Positions 1 to 9,222 of a stretch of 64,000 nucleotides of DNA are shown one piece after another. Position numbers and translations under genes: made by a program. Under the pieces are notes generated by a model that saw nothing but the letters and a program-made list of their open reading frames with translations, was not told the DNA's origin and made no database searches. Origin of the DNA: Candidatus Saccharimonadota bacterium (GTDB lineage Bacteria > Patescibacteriota > Saccharimonadia > Saccharimonadales > UBA4665); contig JAQGGT010000006.1 in assembly GCA_028289245.1 (NCBI GenBank), forward strand, positions 144,948 to 208,947, read 5' to 3'. Every line of letters starts with the position of its first letter. The stretch's first letter is position 1.

Positions 1-184
1 GATTGATCGACTCGATACGCTTCAGGTTATGGCGATAAACTCCAAAAACGGTGCCGGAAACGGCCAGCAGGCTGATGTTGCCGCCAAAGCCCGACCAAAA
101 GTTGTACATGTGCGTCGAAAACGAGTTATAAGTGTTGTTGACGCCGATGAAATCCAAAAACCAATGTATAAAATGTATATGCAT
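1..184 (-). CDS. hypothetical small membrane protein (runs off window edge)
   Basis: Own translation MHIHFIHWFLDFIGVNNTYNSFSTHMYNFWSGFGGNISLLAVSGTVFGVYRHNLKRIESIN..., open to the edge; TATACT 6 nt upstream of the ATG; not in ORF track. Confidence 0.55.
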   Translation of the reverse strand, partial: MHIHFIHWFLDFIGVNNTYNSFSTHMYNFWSGFGGNISLLAVSGTVFGVYRHNLKRIESIN

Positions 185-203
185 ACTCGCAGTATAGCAA
201 AAA

Positions 204-279
204 TGGTAGGGGTGCCTGGACTTGAACCAGGGACCAATCAGTTATGAGCCGACTGCTCTAACCACTGAGCTACACCCCC
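204..279 (-). tRNA. tRNA with CAT anticodon, probably tRNA-Ile2 (TilS substrate)
   Basis: GGGGGTGTAGCTCAGTGGTTAGAGCAGTCGGCTCATAACTGATTGGTCCCTGGTTCAAGTCCAGGCACCCCTACCA folds as a cloverleaf; Ile2 assigned by elimination because fMet and elongator Met are also present. Confidence 0.85.
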
Positions 280-352
280 ATGTTAGCGCCAAGGCGGTAA
301 CAGGTATAAGTCTACCAGATTTGGCGCGAAGCTATATAATAAGAGTACGGCC

Positions 353-802
353 ATGAAAACCAAAATCGACGACCATTCCCAAAAACTCCTCGGCCACGCC
401 ATGCGGTTGCGTGATGTCCGTGTGCTCGGGCAGGTAGTATTTGCCGTGATTGTGTTGCTGATCAGCTGGAGCGGCGTCAAATCGATCCAGTCCAACTACG
501 CGCTACAGAAGCAGATCACCGGCTTGGCCCAGCAGAACGACTTGCAGGAGCTGGAGAACAAAAACCTCAAGCTGACCAACGATTATTATAAGAGCAACCA
601 ATATCTCGAGCTCCAGGCCCGCGAAAACTTCGGCCTGGCTGCGCCGGGCGAAAAGCTAGTCGTCGTGCCAAAGTCCGTGGCACTCGCCCGAACCGTCGCC
701 TTTAAGGACGCGCCCGCCACGCAACAAACCGTCAGCTCTCAAAAGCGCAGCAACTTCGAAGCCTGGGTTAATTTTTTCTTAAATCGTCGCAGCGACCGCT
801 AG
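353..802 (+). CDS. septum formation initiator (FtsB/DivIC family)
   Basis: Single TM, coiled coil, YLELQARENFGLAAPGE motif. Confidence 0.8.
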   Translation: MKTKIDDHSQKLLGHAMRLRDVRVLGQVVFAVIVLLISWSGVKSIQSNYALQKQITGLAQQNDLQELENKNLKLTNDYYKSNQYLELQARENFGLAAPGEKLVVVPKSVALARTVAFKDAPATQQTVSSQKRSNFEAWVNFFLNRRSDR

Positions 803-957
803 CTGTCGAACCTAACTACCGCTTGGATTAACTCGGCCCCGTAGTTAATGGCCGTGCCGGAGGGAACCCAGCCATCTTTGATAGCGCTATTGACCTTGTG
901 CTCTAAGTCCAGGCGCGAATCGCTGGCTAATAGCTTATATTCTGAGACCATGTTCAT
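799..957 (-). CDS. DUF1737-like small protein (52 aa)
   Basis: MNMVSEYKLLASDSRLDLEHKVNSAIKDGWVPSGTAINYGAELIQAVVRFDS; AAGGAGG RBS; VN..I..GW.P.G...QAVV pattern; not in ORF track. Confidence 0.7.
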   Translation of the reverse strand: MNMVSEYKLLASDSRLDLEHKVNSAIKDGWVPSGTAINYGAELIQAVVRFDS

Positions 958-1091
958 GGGTATCCTCCTTATGGTTACAGGCCCAGTATACGGTGCCGCG
1001 CCGGCCGGGCGCTGTACGGTCTTTTATTGACGTGACCGAAGATGTTTGGTATAGTTACCAAGTTCGATTCACCAAACGCCTCGGCGTATGA

Positions 1092-1166
1092 CGCGGGATG
1101 GAGCAGCGGCAGCTCGCGTGGCTCATAACCACGAGGTCCCAGGTTCGAGTCCTGGTCCCGCAACCA
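1092..1166 (+). tRNA. initiator tRNA-fMet (CAT)
   Basis: Cloverleaf with C1xA72 mismatch, A11:U24 pair, CAT anticodon, encoded CCA. Confidence 0.92.
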
Positions 1167-1386
1167 AGTAGGATTTCAAAGGCACTTCGGTGCCTTTTTC
1201 TATGTCTAGGCATCTGTAAAGTGGGCTAATTTGTATGGTTCCAAACTTATGGTTGGCAGAGTCGTATACCAGCCCCTCTGGGAACAACATGTTTTGGAAC
1301 CTAAGCTGCAAGTCTATCTCTGATTGCTGCCACTGTTTATCGACGTTCGCCATGATGTTAATTGCAAGCTCTATGTCCGTCCTCTG
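1123..1386 (-). pseudogene. C-terminal remnant of a large serine recombinase reading antisense into the tRNA
   Basis: Open frame QRTDIELAINIMANVDKQW...LQLRFQNMLFPEGLVYD...FGTIQISPLYR...VAGPGLEPGTSWL resembles CPR recombinase tails; in-frame TAA just upstream; no catalytic domain. Confidence 0.6.
1178..1199 (+). terminator. hairpin terminator after tRNA-fMet, inside the recombinase tail
   Basis: AAAGGCAC-TTCG-GTGCCTTTTT. Confidence 0.7.
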
Positions 1387-1518
1387 TTATGAATTATAAA
1401 AAATGATAATGACGGTGGCACCAAAATGAATGCATCTAGACCTAGTACCTACATAAACTTAATGAATAGTTATATCTATGTTGCCTCCGTCGGGGGTGTC
1501 CAACCCTAGGCAGATAAT

Positions 1519-1968
1519 TTACTTTTTCGGATTACGAATATTGAGTGCACCATTGATAACTTCAATGAGCAGCGCAATGTAGAAAAACAAAATGGCAAGC
1601 ACTAACATGCCGAGAATGTCATTGAGAGTAATCTGTGTATGGAAAATATGTATAATCCTAGACTTATCAATCAGCGAGACCACTAGAACGTTTAGCCCTA
1701 GCAAGCCAGCCATTGCGTACAGGTTCTGCTTAATTTCTTTCCTAGGCTCGTCGAATACATTACGTCCAACTTTCTCCTCAATGTTTAAGAGGGAGCCTAT
1801 AAGAAAAGTTGCTGTGGCAAAGTTAAGTGCAAATACAGTCGCTAGCACACTTATCGAATCTGCTGTTGCATATTCAACTGGGAATCCAGATTTCATCATT
1901 GCACTAACAACGGTGACCATCACCGCTGAACACAATGAGACAAATACTACTCCAAGTCCTCTAAGCAT
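1519..1968 (-). CDS. predicted 4-TM membrane protein (element cargo)
   Basis: Four hydrophobic segments; overlaps the upstream gene by 22 nt. Confidence 0.75.
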   Translation of the reverse strand: MLRGLGVVFVSLCSAVMVTVVSAMMKSGFPVEYATADSISVLATVFALNFATATFLIGSLLNIEEKVGRNVFDEPRKEIKQNLYAMAGLLGLNVLVVSLIDKSRIIHIFHTQITLNDILGMLVLAILFFYIALLIEVINGALNIRNPKK

Positions 1969-2816
1969 GAGAACAATCTATCACAAATAGTACGTGCCGT
2001 CTGCACATTATCAGTCTCTATAACAACCCTGGTATCAACGGTGGCAATCTGTGCGGTAACCTTGTTACGTTTCGCATCAACAATGCCTTCTTCCTGAACT
2101 TTGAGCTTGATATCACCAGCGCCGCCAGTTGCGTACTCAACAGCTTCATTAATAAAATTGCTAGTATTAGGTATTCGGAGGCTACCTTCTGGATTTTCGA
2201 TTGAAACTGTTGCTTTGGTGGCGTTAAATTGGTCTTTGATTTCACGCATGCTGTCGCTTAGCGCGGTATTCAGGCCAAGAAAGTTTGGGGCTGCTAAGTC
2301 AAAAGTTAATTTCTGAATACGTCCAGTCTTTGCACGTACTATATCCCAAAAGGATTCACGAGTTGTAACTGAGTTGATGATTAATTCGTAGCCGTCAAGC
2401 ACGTCTTTTATCCCAGAAACTTCCTCAGTGTATTTCTTGAGTTGGTTCATCGGTGACCTGAATATCTGGTCATTCTTTTGTACTGCTATCGTTTGGCCGA
2501 GCGGCTGGCTAGAACTTGTATTTATAATGACAAGAACATGCGGCCATTCCTCTTGAGTAATCGTCTCAAAACCTGTGGCTGGTGGCCCAGATAACTCTGC
2601 CTCTGACCTTTTACCAAGCGACGCGATAATGTAATCATCAACTCGTTTATGTACGACATAGGCAAGAGTGGCGCCTTGATATGTAAAAGTGAACGGTTCA
2701 TCTACGCTAAAAGCTTCTGCTACAATCTCATTTCTCGGACGTTCTTGCCTTAATAAACTTAGGATGTCGGCAAGCTCTACCGAAACTTTATAGAAGTTAA
2801 ACTTGGTATTGCTCAT
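1947..2816 (-). CDS. hypothetical soluble protein, possibly DUF4747/KwaB-like (element cargo)
   Basis: 289-aa ORF with FWDIV...IQKLTFDLAAPNF segment; family assignment tentative. Confidence 0.6.
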   Translation of the reverse strand: MSNTKFNFYKVSVELADILSLLRQERPRNEIVAEAFSVDEPFTFTYQGATLAYVVHKRVDDYIIASLGKRSEAELSGPPATGFETITQEEWPHVLVIINTSSSQPLGQTIAVQKNDQIFRSPMNQLKKYTEEVSGIKDVLDGYELIINSVTTRESFWDIVRAKTGRIQKLTFDLAAPNFLGLNTALSDSMREIKDQFNATKATVSIENPEGSLRIPNTSNFINEAVEYATGGAGDIKLKVQEEGIVDAKRNKVTAQIATVDTRVVIETDNVQTARTICDRLFSCLEDLE

Positions 2817-2998
2817 TCCGCAAGTATGCTATTAGAAGCGTATACATGCAAGCGGGAGTTTATCTACCTGGTTCTAGTATTAGTAGCCAGAGGCTATAGT
2901 CACTGGTCGCCCCCTATTAATCGATAACCAGCGGCTCAACTCGCTACAGATAAGGTTCCATGCCGAATGCACGTACGCAACCATGTCCATGAAACATG

Positions 2999-3025
2999 AA
3001 AATACCTCGCACAGAGGTGTTTTTG
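2999..3025 (+). terminator. hairpin just beyond the right att repeat (probable displaced tRNA terminator)
   Basis: AAAATACCTC-GCACA-GAGGTGTTTTT. Confidence 0.6.
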
Positions 3026-3038
3026 CTATCATGGGAAC

Positions 3039-3878
3039 ATGATAACTGCATACACAGTCAGTGCGTTTACGGCTCATGGCAGTGGTGGTAATAAGGCGGG
3101 CGTTGTACTTGAAGCTGACGGACTGTCGGATGACCAGATGCTGGCAACTGCCAAAGAGCTAGCGTATTCAGAGACGGCATTCGTTAGTAAAAGTGCAGCT
3201 GCTACCTATAAGGTCCGTTTTTTTACGGTAACCGAAGAAGTAGATTTGTGTGGTCATGCCACGATTGCCACTTGGTCGCTTCTATTTAAAAGAGGTCTCA
3301 TTACAGAAGGGACGTACACGCAAGAAACGTTAGCGGGTAAATTGGGAATTATAGTGAGCGACGACGGCTCTGTTTTTATGCAGCAGACTGAGCCTAAGTT
3401 TTTAAACCAGGTAAGTCTTAAGGAAGTTATGCCGATTCTAAGAATTGAGGAAGGCAGCTTTGAGGTTAGTCTCCAACCTCAAATTGTATCCACCGGTCTG
3501 AAAGATTTGCTCGTACCTATTCGTAATAAAGAAATTCTTATGAATCTGCGACCCGATTTTGGTGAAATGAGTAGCCTGAGTAAAAGGTATGATATTACAG
3601 GTTTACATGTGTTTACGTTAGACGAGGAAAGCACCGCTATCGCACGTAATTTTGCTCCTTTAGTAGGCATCGACGAGGAATCGGCGACTGGTACATCGAA
3701 CGGGGCGCTACTTTGTTACCTTCAAGAGCACGGCAGATTAAAGCAGCAAGACGTATACCGCGTAGAGCAGGGCGAGAGTATGGGCCAGCTCTCAAATATT
3801 TTGGGCAGATTTATTGATGGACGGATATGGATAGGTGGACAAGCTAACTTGCTGACCGAAAAGCAGATTGCGGTTTAG
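3039..3878 (+). CDS. PhzF-family epimerase/isomerase
   Basis: GGNKAGVV, SETAF, EVDLCGHAT, EESATGTSNG motifs. Confidence 0.92.
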   Translation: MITAYTVSAFTAHGSGGNKAGVVLEADGLSDDQMLATAKELAYSETAFVSKSAAATYKVRFFTVTEEVDLCGHATIATWSLLFKRGLITEGTYTQETLAGKLGIIVSDDGSVFMQQTEPKFLNQVSLKEVMPILRIEEGSFEVSLQPQIVSTGLKDLLVPIRNKEILMNLRPDFGEMSSLSKRYDITGLHVFTLDEESTAIARNFAPLVGIDEESATGTSNGALLCYLQEHGRLKQQDVYRVEQGESMGQLSNILGRFIDGRIWIGGQANLLTEKQIAV

Positions 3879-4022
3879 TTCGAGCCTTATATCCAGGTCC
3901 AAATCATACAGTTGGCCAACGCTCGATTCCACGAGGTAATTCGCTAGAAATGAGGTTCCCACAGATAGTAATTACACTTCGGGGTAGTAGGCCTAATTAC
4001 CCCTGTTTGATAAACTAATCCT

Positions 4023-4706
4023 ATGATTGAGGCCATAGTTATTGATTTAGATGGTACGCTCTGTATGACAGAAGCTGTGTCATTTGAGCTTGAAAATGAA
4101 ACGCTAAAGCACATAGGGCGTTCAGCCATGCCTCGAGACGTACATGTACAAACCTGGGGAAGACCTTTATTTGAAGCTATAGTAACTCGTTCACCCGGCG
4201 TAGATGTCGAGGCTTTCAAAACAGCGTACCATCCTCTAATAGAAGAATTTACCAGGTCCGGTAAATTAGATGCCATACCCAAAGAGAACTACGCCGCTTT
4301 AGACGAGTTTATACAACAAGGTAAGACGATAATGGTGCTAACTTCACGCACGCACACTGAGCTACGACACTTGCTTGAGCCCGACCACTTATTGGCCGCA
4401 CGAGTACAAGCGTTTTATTACCGAGATACTATGCAATACCACAAGCCTGACCCTCGGGCATTTGATGGTTTGCTTAAAGATACGGCTCTCCAACCTGCGC
4501 AGTGCGTGTATGTAGGGGATTCTGTTGGCGATGCTACAGCGGCTCACCAAGCAGGATTACATTTTATAGCTAGTTTAGAAAGTGGTCTTCGGCAAAGGCA
4601 AGACTTTCTTGGCCTAGAAGTAGATGCATTCGTGGAGAGGTTCCCTGATATAGTGCGCATTGTTGCTTCATTAGACGCTTCGAGTCCTGCTTCTAGGCCC
4701 ACATAA
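4023..4706 (+). CDS. HAD-family hydrolase
   Basis: DLDGTL, KPDP, YVGDSVGD motifs. Confidence 0.9.
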   Translation: MIEAIVIDLDGTLCMTEAVSFELENETLKHIGRSAMPRDVHVQTWGRPLFEAIVTRSPGVDVEAFKTAYHPLIEEFTRSGKLDAIPKENYAALDEFIQQGKTIMVLTSRTHTELRHLLEPDHLLAARVQAFYYRDTMQYHKPDPRAFDGLLKDTALQPAQCVYVGDSVGDATAAHQAGLHFIASLESGLRQRQDFLGLEVDAFVERFPDIVRIVASLDASSPASRPT

Positions 4707-4834
4707 CACTGCGTTACATCCAGGAGAATACTGCATCGTCTTTACGCTGTATCTCTCCAAAACGGTACTGTAAGAAGAGGTAGAGCAAGATTGCGTGTTT
4801 GAGCCAAATGCTTGTGCTATAGTACAAGCACATT

Positions 4835-5007
4835 AACAATTAAGATTGCTGGAATCCGGTGAGAATCCGGAACAGTGCCGCTACGGTATCTTGCCTCGAG
4901 CAAGGAGTCCGACACAGCATGAAGCCCCACTATGGGGTTGTCTCGAGCAAGATTTTTGCGGGGTTAAACCGTGCAGACCTCTTTGTCTTGGGACAGAGAG
5001 GATTTTT
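4835..5007 (+). promoter_or_regulatory. cobalamin riboswitch with terminator/RBS-sequestering hairpin
   Basis: GGAATCCGGTGAGAATCCGGAACAGTGCCGCTACGGT ... GAGTCCGACACAGC matches the B12-element core; hairpin CCTCTTTGTC-TTGG-GACAGAGAGG-ATTTTT ends immediately before the ATG at 5008. Confidence 0.8.
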
Positions 5008-5382
5008 ATGAGCCGAGTAGCTCAAGTTCTAAAAACAAAAGTAACGATCGTCGTTGCCGTGGTGGTAATCATTGGCGCGGGGGTAGGGGTCGTTGCGCAT
5101 AATCACGCTGGTACTGTAAAAACGGTTACCAACTCCCAGCGGCAACTGACGCAGATTAGTTATAATGGTAAAAAAGGTGTTACTGCCTATGCACTGTTGC
5201 AAAAATACGCCACCGTCCAGGCGAAACACTACTCGTTTGGTGATTTAGTTACTGCCGTGAACGGCGTAGCTGGCAATGGGCCGAAGTACTGGACATTTTA
5301 CGTCAATGGCAAACAGGCAAATGTTGGCGCCAGTGCCTACGTAACCAAAGACAGTGACAAAATTATGTGGAAGCTACAGTAG
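5008..5382 (+). CDS. membrane-anchored DUF4430/transcobalamin C-terminal-like cobalamin-binding protein
   Basis: N-terminal TM; FGDLVTAVNG, YWTFYVNGK..VGA, DKIMW motifs; follows the riboswitch. Confidence 0.8.
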   Translation: MSRVAQVLKTKVTIVVAVVVIIGAGVGVVAHNHAGTVKTVTNSQRQLTQISYNGKKGVTAYALLQKYATVQAKHYSFGDLVTAVNGVAGNGPKYWTFYVNGKQANVGASAYVTKDSDKIMWKLQ

Positions 5383-5387
5383 ATCTT

Positions 5388-5909
5388 ATGAAGGCGCACT
5401 ATTTCAGCACTGTACTGGCCGTTTGTTTAATTACTATCGGCGTTATGCTTCGTATCCTGCCGCACCCCGCAAACTTTGCGCCGATCACAGCTATTGCGCT
5501 ATTCGGCGGGGCAGTTTTGCCCAAAAAAGTAGCCGTGTGGGTGCCGTTAGTGGCCATGATGGTCTCTGATGCGTTCATCGGGTTTTACCAGCTCATGCCA
5601 CTCATATGGGCGTGCTATCTCTTGATTGCTCTTGCGAGCAGTCAGTGGTTAAGATCGGGTAATCTGTACACGGGTGTTACGCTTACTGCGGCAGCCTCGA
5701 TATTTTTCTTCGTCATTACCAACTTTGGCGTTTGGCTAACGAGTGGCATGTATAGCCATACGTGGTCGGGGCTGGTGAGTTGTTATACGCTCGCTTTGCC
5801 ATTCTTCCGCAACACCTTTTTGAGCGACGTCGTCTATACTGCTGTACTCTTTGGAGCCTACGCTCTTGCGACGCGAACGCATAACCGCAGGGTAGCCGTA
5901 CGGGCGTAG
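5388..5909 (+). CDS. DUF6580-type putative cobalamin transporter (ECF S-component-like)
   Basis: RILPHPANFAPITAIALFGG, FFVITNFGVW, CY..ALPFFRN; multiple TMs. Confidence 0.8.
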   Translation: MKAHYFSTVLAVCLITIGVMLRILPHPANFAPITAIALFGGAVLPKKVAVWVPLVAMMVSDAFIGFYQLMPLIWACYLLIALASSQWLRSGNLYTGVTLTAAASIFFFVITNFGVWLTSGMYSHTWSGLVSCYTLALPFFRNTFLSDVVYTAVLFGAYALATRTHNRRVAVRA

Positions 5910-6098
5910 CTCTTCCGGCTTAACGGTAACTGTTCTAGACCCAGCACAACGTTAGTAGCCAAAGTATCAATCTTTGCAAAATAGTGTTATACTATAGGTA
6001 ACGACATCAATCAACAGAAGTTTCTGTAGGCCCAGCATTGGCTCCGAAATAAGCGCATCGACCTTACAGGTAAGCCATGAGGCAGAGACACGATATAC

Positions 6099-6587
6099 AT
6101 GTTAAGAACAACCAGAGGTAATACTATTAGTAATGAACAAAACGCCACACCCATGCAGGGGCTAGGTGAGTTTAAGCCATTAGTTAGTGACTATGCCCGT
6201 CGTCCGATAACTGAGGGATTTGATTGGCCGGCAATTACCAGGAATTTAAAGTCTACTCGTGTGCCGGCTGTCAGGTTTCCGCTCTATCTGGTGGTCTTTC
6301 GGTCTCAACTACTTGAGGGTGCCGACGTGGAGCGGCTGGCTGAGCGCGATTTGGGCGCCCACGAGGCTGCCCTGCGGTCGCCAGCTTTACTGCACTATTT
6401 CACCGGAGAAGCAGATGACCAGGGCTACAATTTATCATTTTGTATCTGGAGAGGTCAGATAGCCGCCAGAGAAGCATCGGCAACACCCGAACACGTAGCC
6501 GCCATGAGTGTCGCCGACGAAATGTATGCATCGTTTAGTCTTGAGAGACATGCGATTCATGACGACGATGAAATAGTACGTCTGTAA
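6099..6587 (+). CDS. hypothetical protein, possible dimeric alpha-beta barrel
   Basis: YLVVFRS, AHEAA, NLSFCIW, PEHVAA pattern; start uncertain. Confidence 0.55.
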   Translation: MLRTTRGNTISNEQNATPMQGLGEFKPLVSDYARRPITEGFDWPAITRNLKSTRVPAVRFPLYLVVFRSQLLEGADVERLAERDLGAHEAALRSPALLHYFTGEADDQGYNLSFCIWRGQIAAREASATPEHVAAMSVADEMYASFSLERHAIHDDDEIVRL

Positions 6588-6599
6588 TGACGCTTTGCC

Positions 6600-7649
6600 T
6601 TAGGCGATAGTAGCGACGTCGATGACAAAGCGGTAGCGGACGTCAGAGTTCACTACGCGCTCGTAGGCGTCGTCAATTTGGTCGGCCGAAATCACTTCGA
6701 TTTCGGCGCCTAGGCCATGCTCGGCACAGAAGCCGAGCATTTCCTGGGTTTCGCGGATGCCGCCGATTGCTGAACCAGCAAATGAACGGCGGTTGCCGAG
6801 CAGGTTGAAAACACCAACCGATAAGGGCTCCGGCGGTGCGCCGACGTTGACTAAGGCGCCGTTGACTCGCAGCAAGGATAGGAAGCTGTCGACGTCGACT
6901 TTGGCGCTGACCGTGTTGATGATCAGGTCAAAGCGCTTGGCGAGCTCCTTAAATGTTTCGGGGTCCTCAGTGGCGTAGTAGTGGTCGGCGCCGAGCTTCA
7001 GGCCGTCATCCTTTTTGTCTAGAGAACGCGACAGTACAGTGACTTCGGCTCCCATAGCGTGCCCCAGCTTAACGGCCATGTGACCAAGGCCGCCCAGCCC
7101 GATTACAGCCACCTTCTTGCCCGCACCAGCACCCCAGTGGCGCAGTGGTGAATACGTGGTGATGCCGGCGCACAGCAGCGGTGCGGCTACGTCAAGTTCT
7201 ATGCCTTCAGGGATCTTGAGGACAAAATCTTCGTCGACGACGATGTGCGTCGAATAGCCGCCCTGCGTGCGCGCACCGTCGCCGTATTTATTAATGCCAG
7301 CGTACGTGCCGGTGTTGCCGTTGAGGCAATACTGCTCCTCACCGGCCAGGCAGTTTTCACATGTACGGCAGGAGTTGACCATGCAGCCCACGCCGACGCG
7401 GTCACCAACTTTGTGCTTGGTAACTTCTGACCCGACTTCGGCAACGACGCCGGCAATTTCATGGCCGGGCACCAAGGGGTACTCGATCTCGCGCCATTCG
7501 CCGCGTGCCGTGTGAATGTCGGAATGGCAGATACCGGCGAATTTAATTTCAATTAAAACGTCCTTGGGGCCGATGTCGCGGCGCTCAATGGTAGTAGCCT
7601 TAAAGTTTTCGGTAGCTCCAAAAACGGCCCGTGCGTTTACTGTTTTCAT
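6600..7649 (-). CDS. Zn-dependent NAD(P) alcohol dehydrogenase (cinnamyl-ADH type)
   Basis: GICHSD, GHEIAG, CxxCxxC, GLGGLG, YRFVID. Confidence 0.95.
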   Translation of the reverse strand: MKTVNARAVFGATENFKATTIERRDIGPKDVLIEIKFAGICHSDIHTARGEWREIEYPLVPGHEIAGVVAEVGSEVTKHKVGDRVGVGCMVNSCRTCENCLAGEEQYCLNGNTGTYAGINKYGDGARTQGGYSTHIVVDEDFVLKIPEGIELDVAAPLLCAGITTYSPLRHWGAGAGKKVAVIGLGGLGHMAVKLGHAMGAEVTVLSRSLDKKDDGLKLGADHYYATEDPETFKELAKRFDLIINTVSAKVDVDSFLSLLRVNGALVNVGAPPEPLSVGVFNLLGNRRSFAGSAIGGIRETQEMLGFCAEHGLGAEIEVISADQIDDAYERVVNSDVRYRFVIDVATIA

Positions 7650-7890
7650 ACTGATCTCCCCTGGAGTTATGCTAATTTATGATAGGTATCTTTAAGTCGT
7701 TTGGTCTGGTGCTAAAGCCGGGGGTTTTCTGGAAGTCCGTTGAGCTTGACGGCTTCCATGATGGAATAGCCCTGACGGGTAGAAACGTAAATACTCACAA
7801 CTCCTAGTCTAAGAACCTGCAGTACTTTAAGTCAACGGGATATGTTACACATCGCTATTTAGCTGTGGCAGTATACAAATAGTTGCCGCG

Positions 7891-9222
7891 CTAATTAGTC
7901 TGCAGTTTGGGCGCAAACGGTGAGTCCGGCGCATCGGGTGGCGGATTCTCGGCCGGCTTAAAGTTGATGTTTTCGATGTCGGACATGTTTGGTGCGGTGA
8001 CGGTGATCTGCATGTTATAGGTGTTGGGGAGGCAGAAGCTGTCGCAGTGACGGGTATTGTCGAAGTTCCGAGTGTCTATTGTCAGGGTACCGTCTTTTAC
8101 AGTGGTTTTTATATTGGAGAGGTCGGGATTACCGTAGTACTGGTAGCGCACCGAATAGTTGCTGCCTGCCTGGTAGTTGATGATGACGAACCCGCGATTT
8201 TCATTAGTGTCAATCTTACTAAAGGCAGGCATGGTGTACGAAACACTATGTGTATTGGCGTTGTAACGATCACGAATGTGCGGAGCGGCGTCGCCGGCCA
8301 GCGCACCACCGACAGCCAAGTTAATAAAAATTAATCCAACTAGCAGTCCGGTTATCAAACCGCCGAGCGGCCACTTGTGGCGGAAAATTGCCATCCCAAA
8401 TAGGACGATGAACAGTGATAGTAGCCCTGCTGTTAGTAGGGCAGAGTACAGCAAGAGGTGCTCAGTGATGCCGATTGGGAATAGGCTGCTGTCCAAAACC
8501 TGATGGCTATCGAGCGCCAGGTAAACGGCCGTCAGTAGCAATCCAAATAGCCCAAACAAGCCGGCGAGTACAAAGGTAAAGCCAATAATCTTAATGACGG
8601 TACGGAGTAGCCCATTAATAGGGCCAGCTAACGTCGCATTAGCCCGCTGCGCGGCACCTTTGACATCGGCACGCTCAGCGACCTCGCGCAGACTGCCGAT
8701 ATTGACCGGCTTGCCATCCATTTTCAGCCGGTCGCTCGCAGTTTTGGCCGCCGGTATGGTTAGCCACAAAACCAGGTATAGCAGAATCCCCCAGCCACCA
8801 GCAAAAACCAATAGTATGAATCCAATTCGAACTAGCACGGCGTCCACACCAAGGTAACGGCCAATGCCGGCCGCCACGCCTGCCAGCTGGGCGTTATCCG
8901 TATCCCGAAACAGGCGTTTGTTGCGTGTTGGTTCATCAACTTCGGCTTCTTCGTCATCCAAAGTTGGGTTGTCGTCTTTGAAGTCGCGTGGGTCGCCGAG
9001 TTGCTCTTTGAGGAAGTCGACGTCTGCTGGCAGAATCACTTTTTCGCCGCTGATGCCATGCTCGCTCAGTAGCTCAGCCATCCGTAGTTCGACTTCTTCA
9101 GCAACGCTCTGGTCGCTAACAACTTTGACGATGGCGTCGAGGTAGGCCCGAAGCGCCTGGTGGGCTCCCACCGATATGGTAAAAGCCTGGCGGCCTAAGT
9201 GGATCTGGGTGACTTCATTCAT
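7891..9222 (-). CDS. PspC-domain membrane protein
   Basis: KRLFRD...LAGVAAGIGRYLGVD PspC motif; start MNEVTQ coupled to the padR stop. Confidence 0.88.
   Translation of the reverse strand: MNEVTQIHLGRQAFTISVGAHQALRAYLDAIVKVVSDQSVAEEVELRMAELLSEHGISGEKVILPADVDFLKEQLGDPRDFKDDNPTLDDEEAEVDEPTRNKRLFRDTDNAQLAGVAAGIGRYLGVDAVLVRIGFILLVFAGGWGILLYLVLWLTIPAAKTASDRLKMDGKPVNIGSLREVAERADVKGAAQRANATLAGPINGLLRTVIKIIGFTFVLAGLFGLFGLLLTAVYLALDSHQVLDSSLFPIGITEHLLLYSALLTAGLLSLFIVLFGMAIFRHKWPLGGLITGLLVGLIFINLAVGGALAGDAAPHIRDRYNANTHSVSYTMPAFSKIDTNENRGFVIINYQAGSNYSVRYQYYGNPDLSNIKTTVKDGTLTIDTRNFDNTRHCDSFCLPNTYNMQITVTAPNMSDIENINFKPAENPPPDAPDSPFAPKLQTN

Larger units (their letters stand above)
1159..2983. mobile_element. 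decayed integrative element in tRNA-fMet 3' end
   Basis: Direct repeat CGCAACCA at 1159-1166 and 2976-2983; recombinase remnant at left end; AT-richer cargo; terminator-like hairpin after the right repeat. Confidence 0.7.

Noticed and set aside
22..247. ORFs 22..237 and 29..247, and likewise 975..1163
   Set aside because: They overlap tRNA genes and have no protein features
3039..4706. phzF-like and HAD genes as part of the tRNA element
   Set aside because: They are AT-richer but lie outside the right att repeat, and I did not notice a further repeat
4846..5007. TTG-start N-terminal extension of the DUF4430 ORF
   Set aside because: This region is the riboswitch; the ATG at 5008 is the better start
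6001..6098. Possible structured leader (CTGTAGG/CCTTACAG pairing)
   Set aside because: Weak pairing and no match to a riboswitch I recognise
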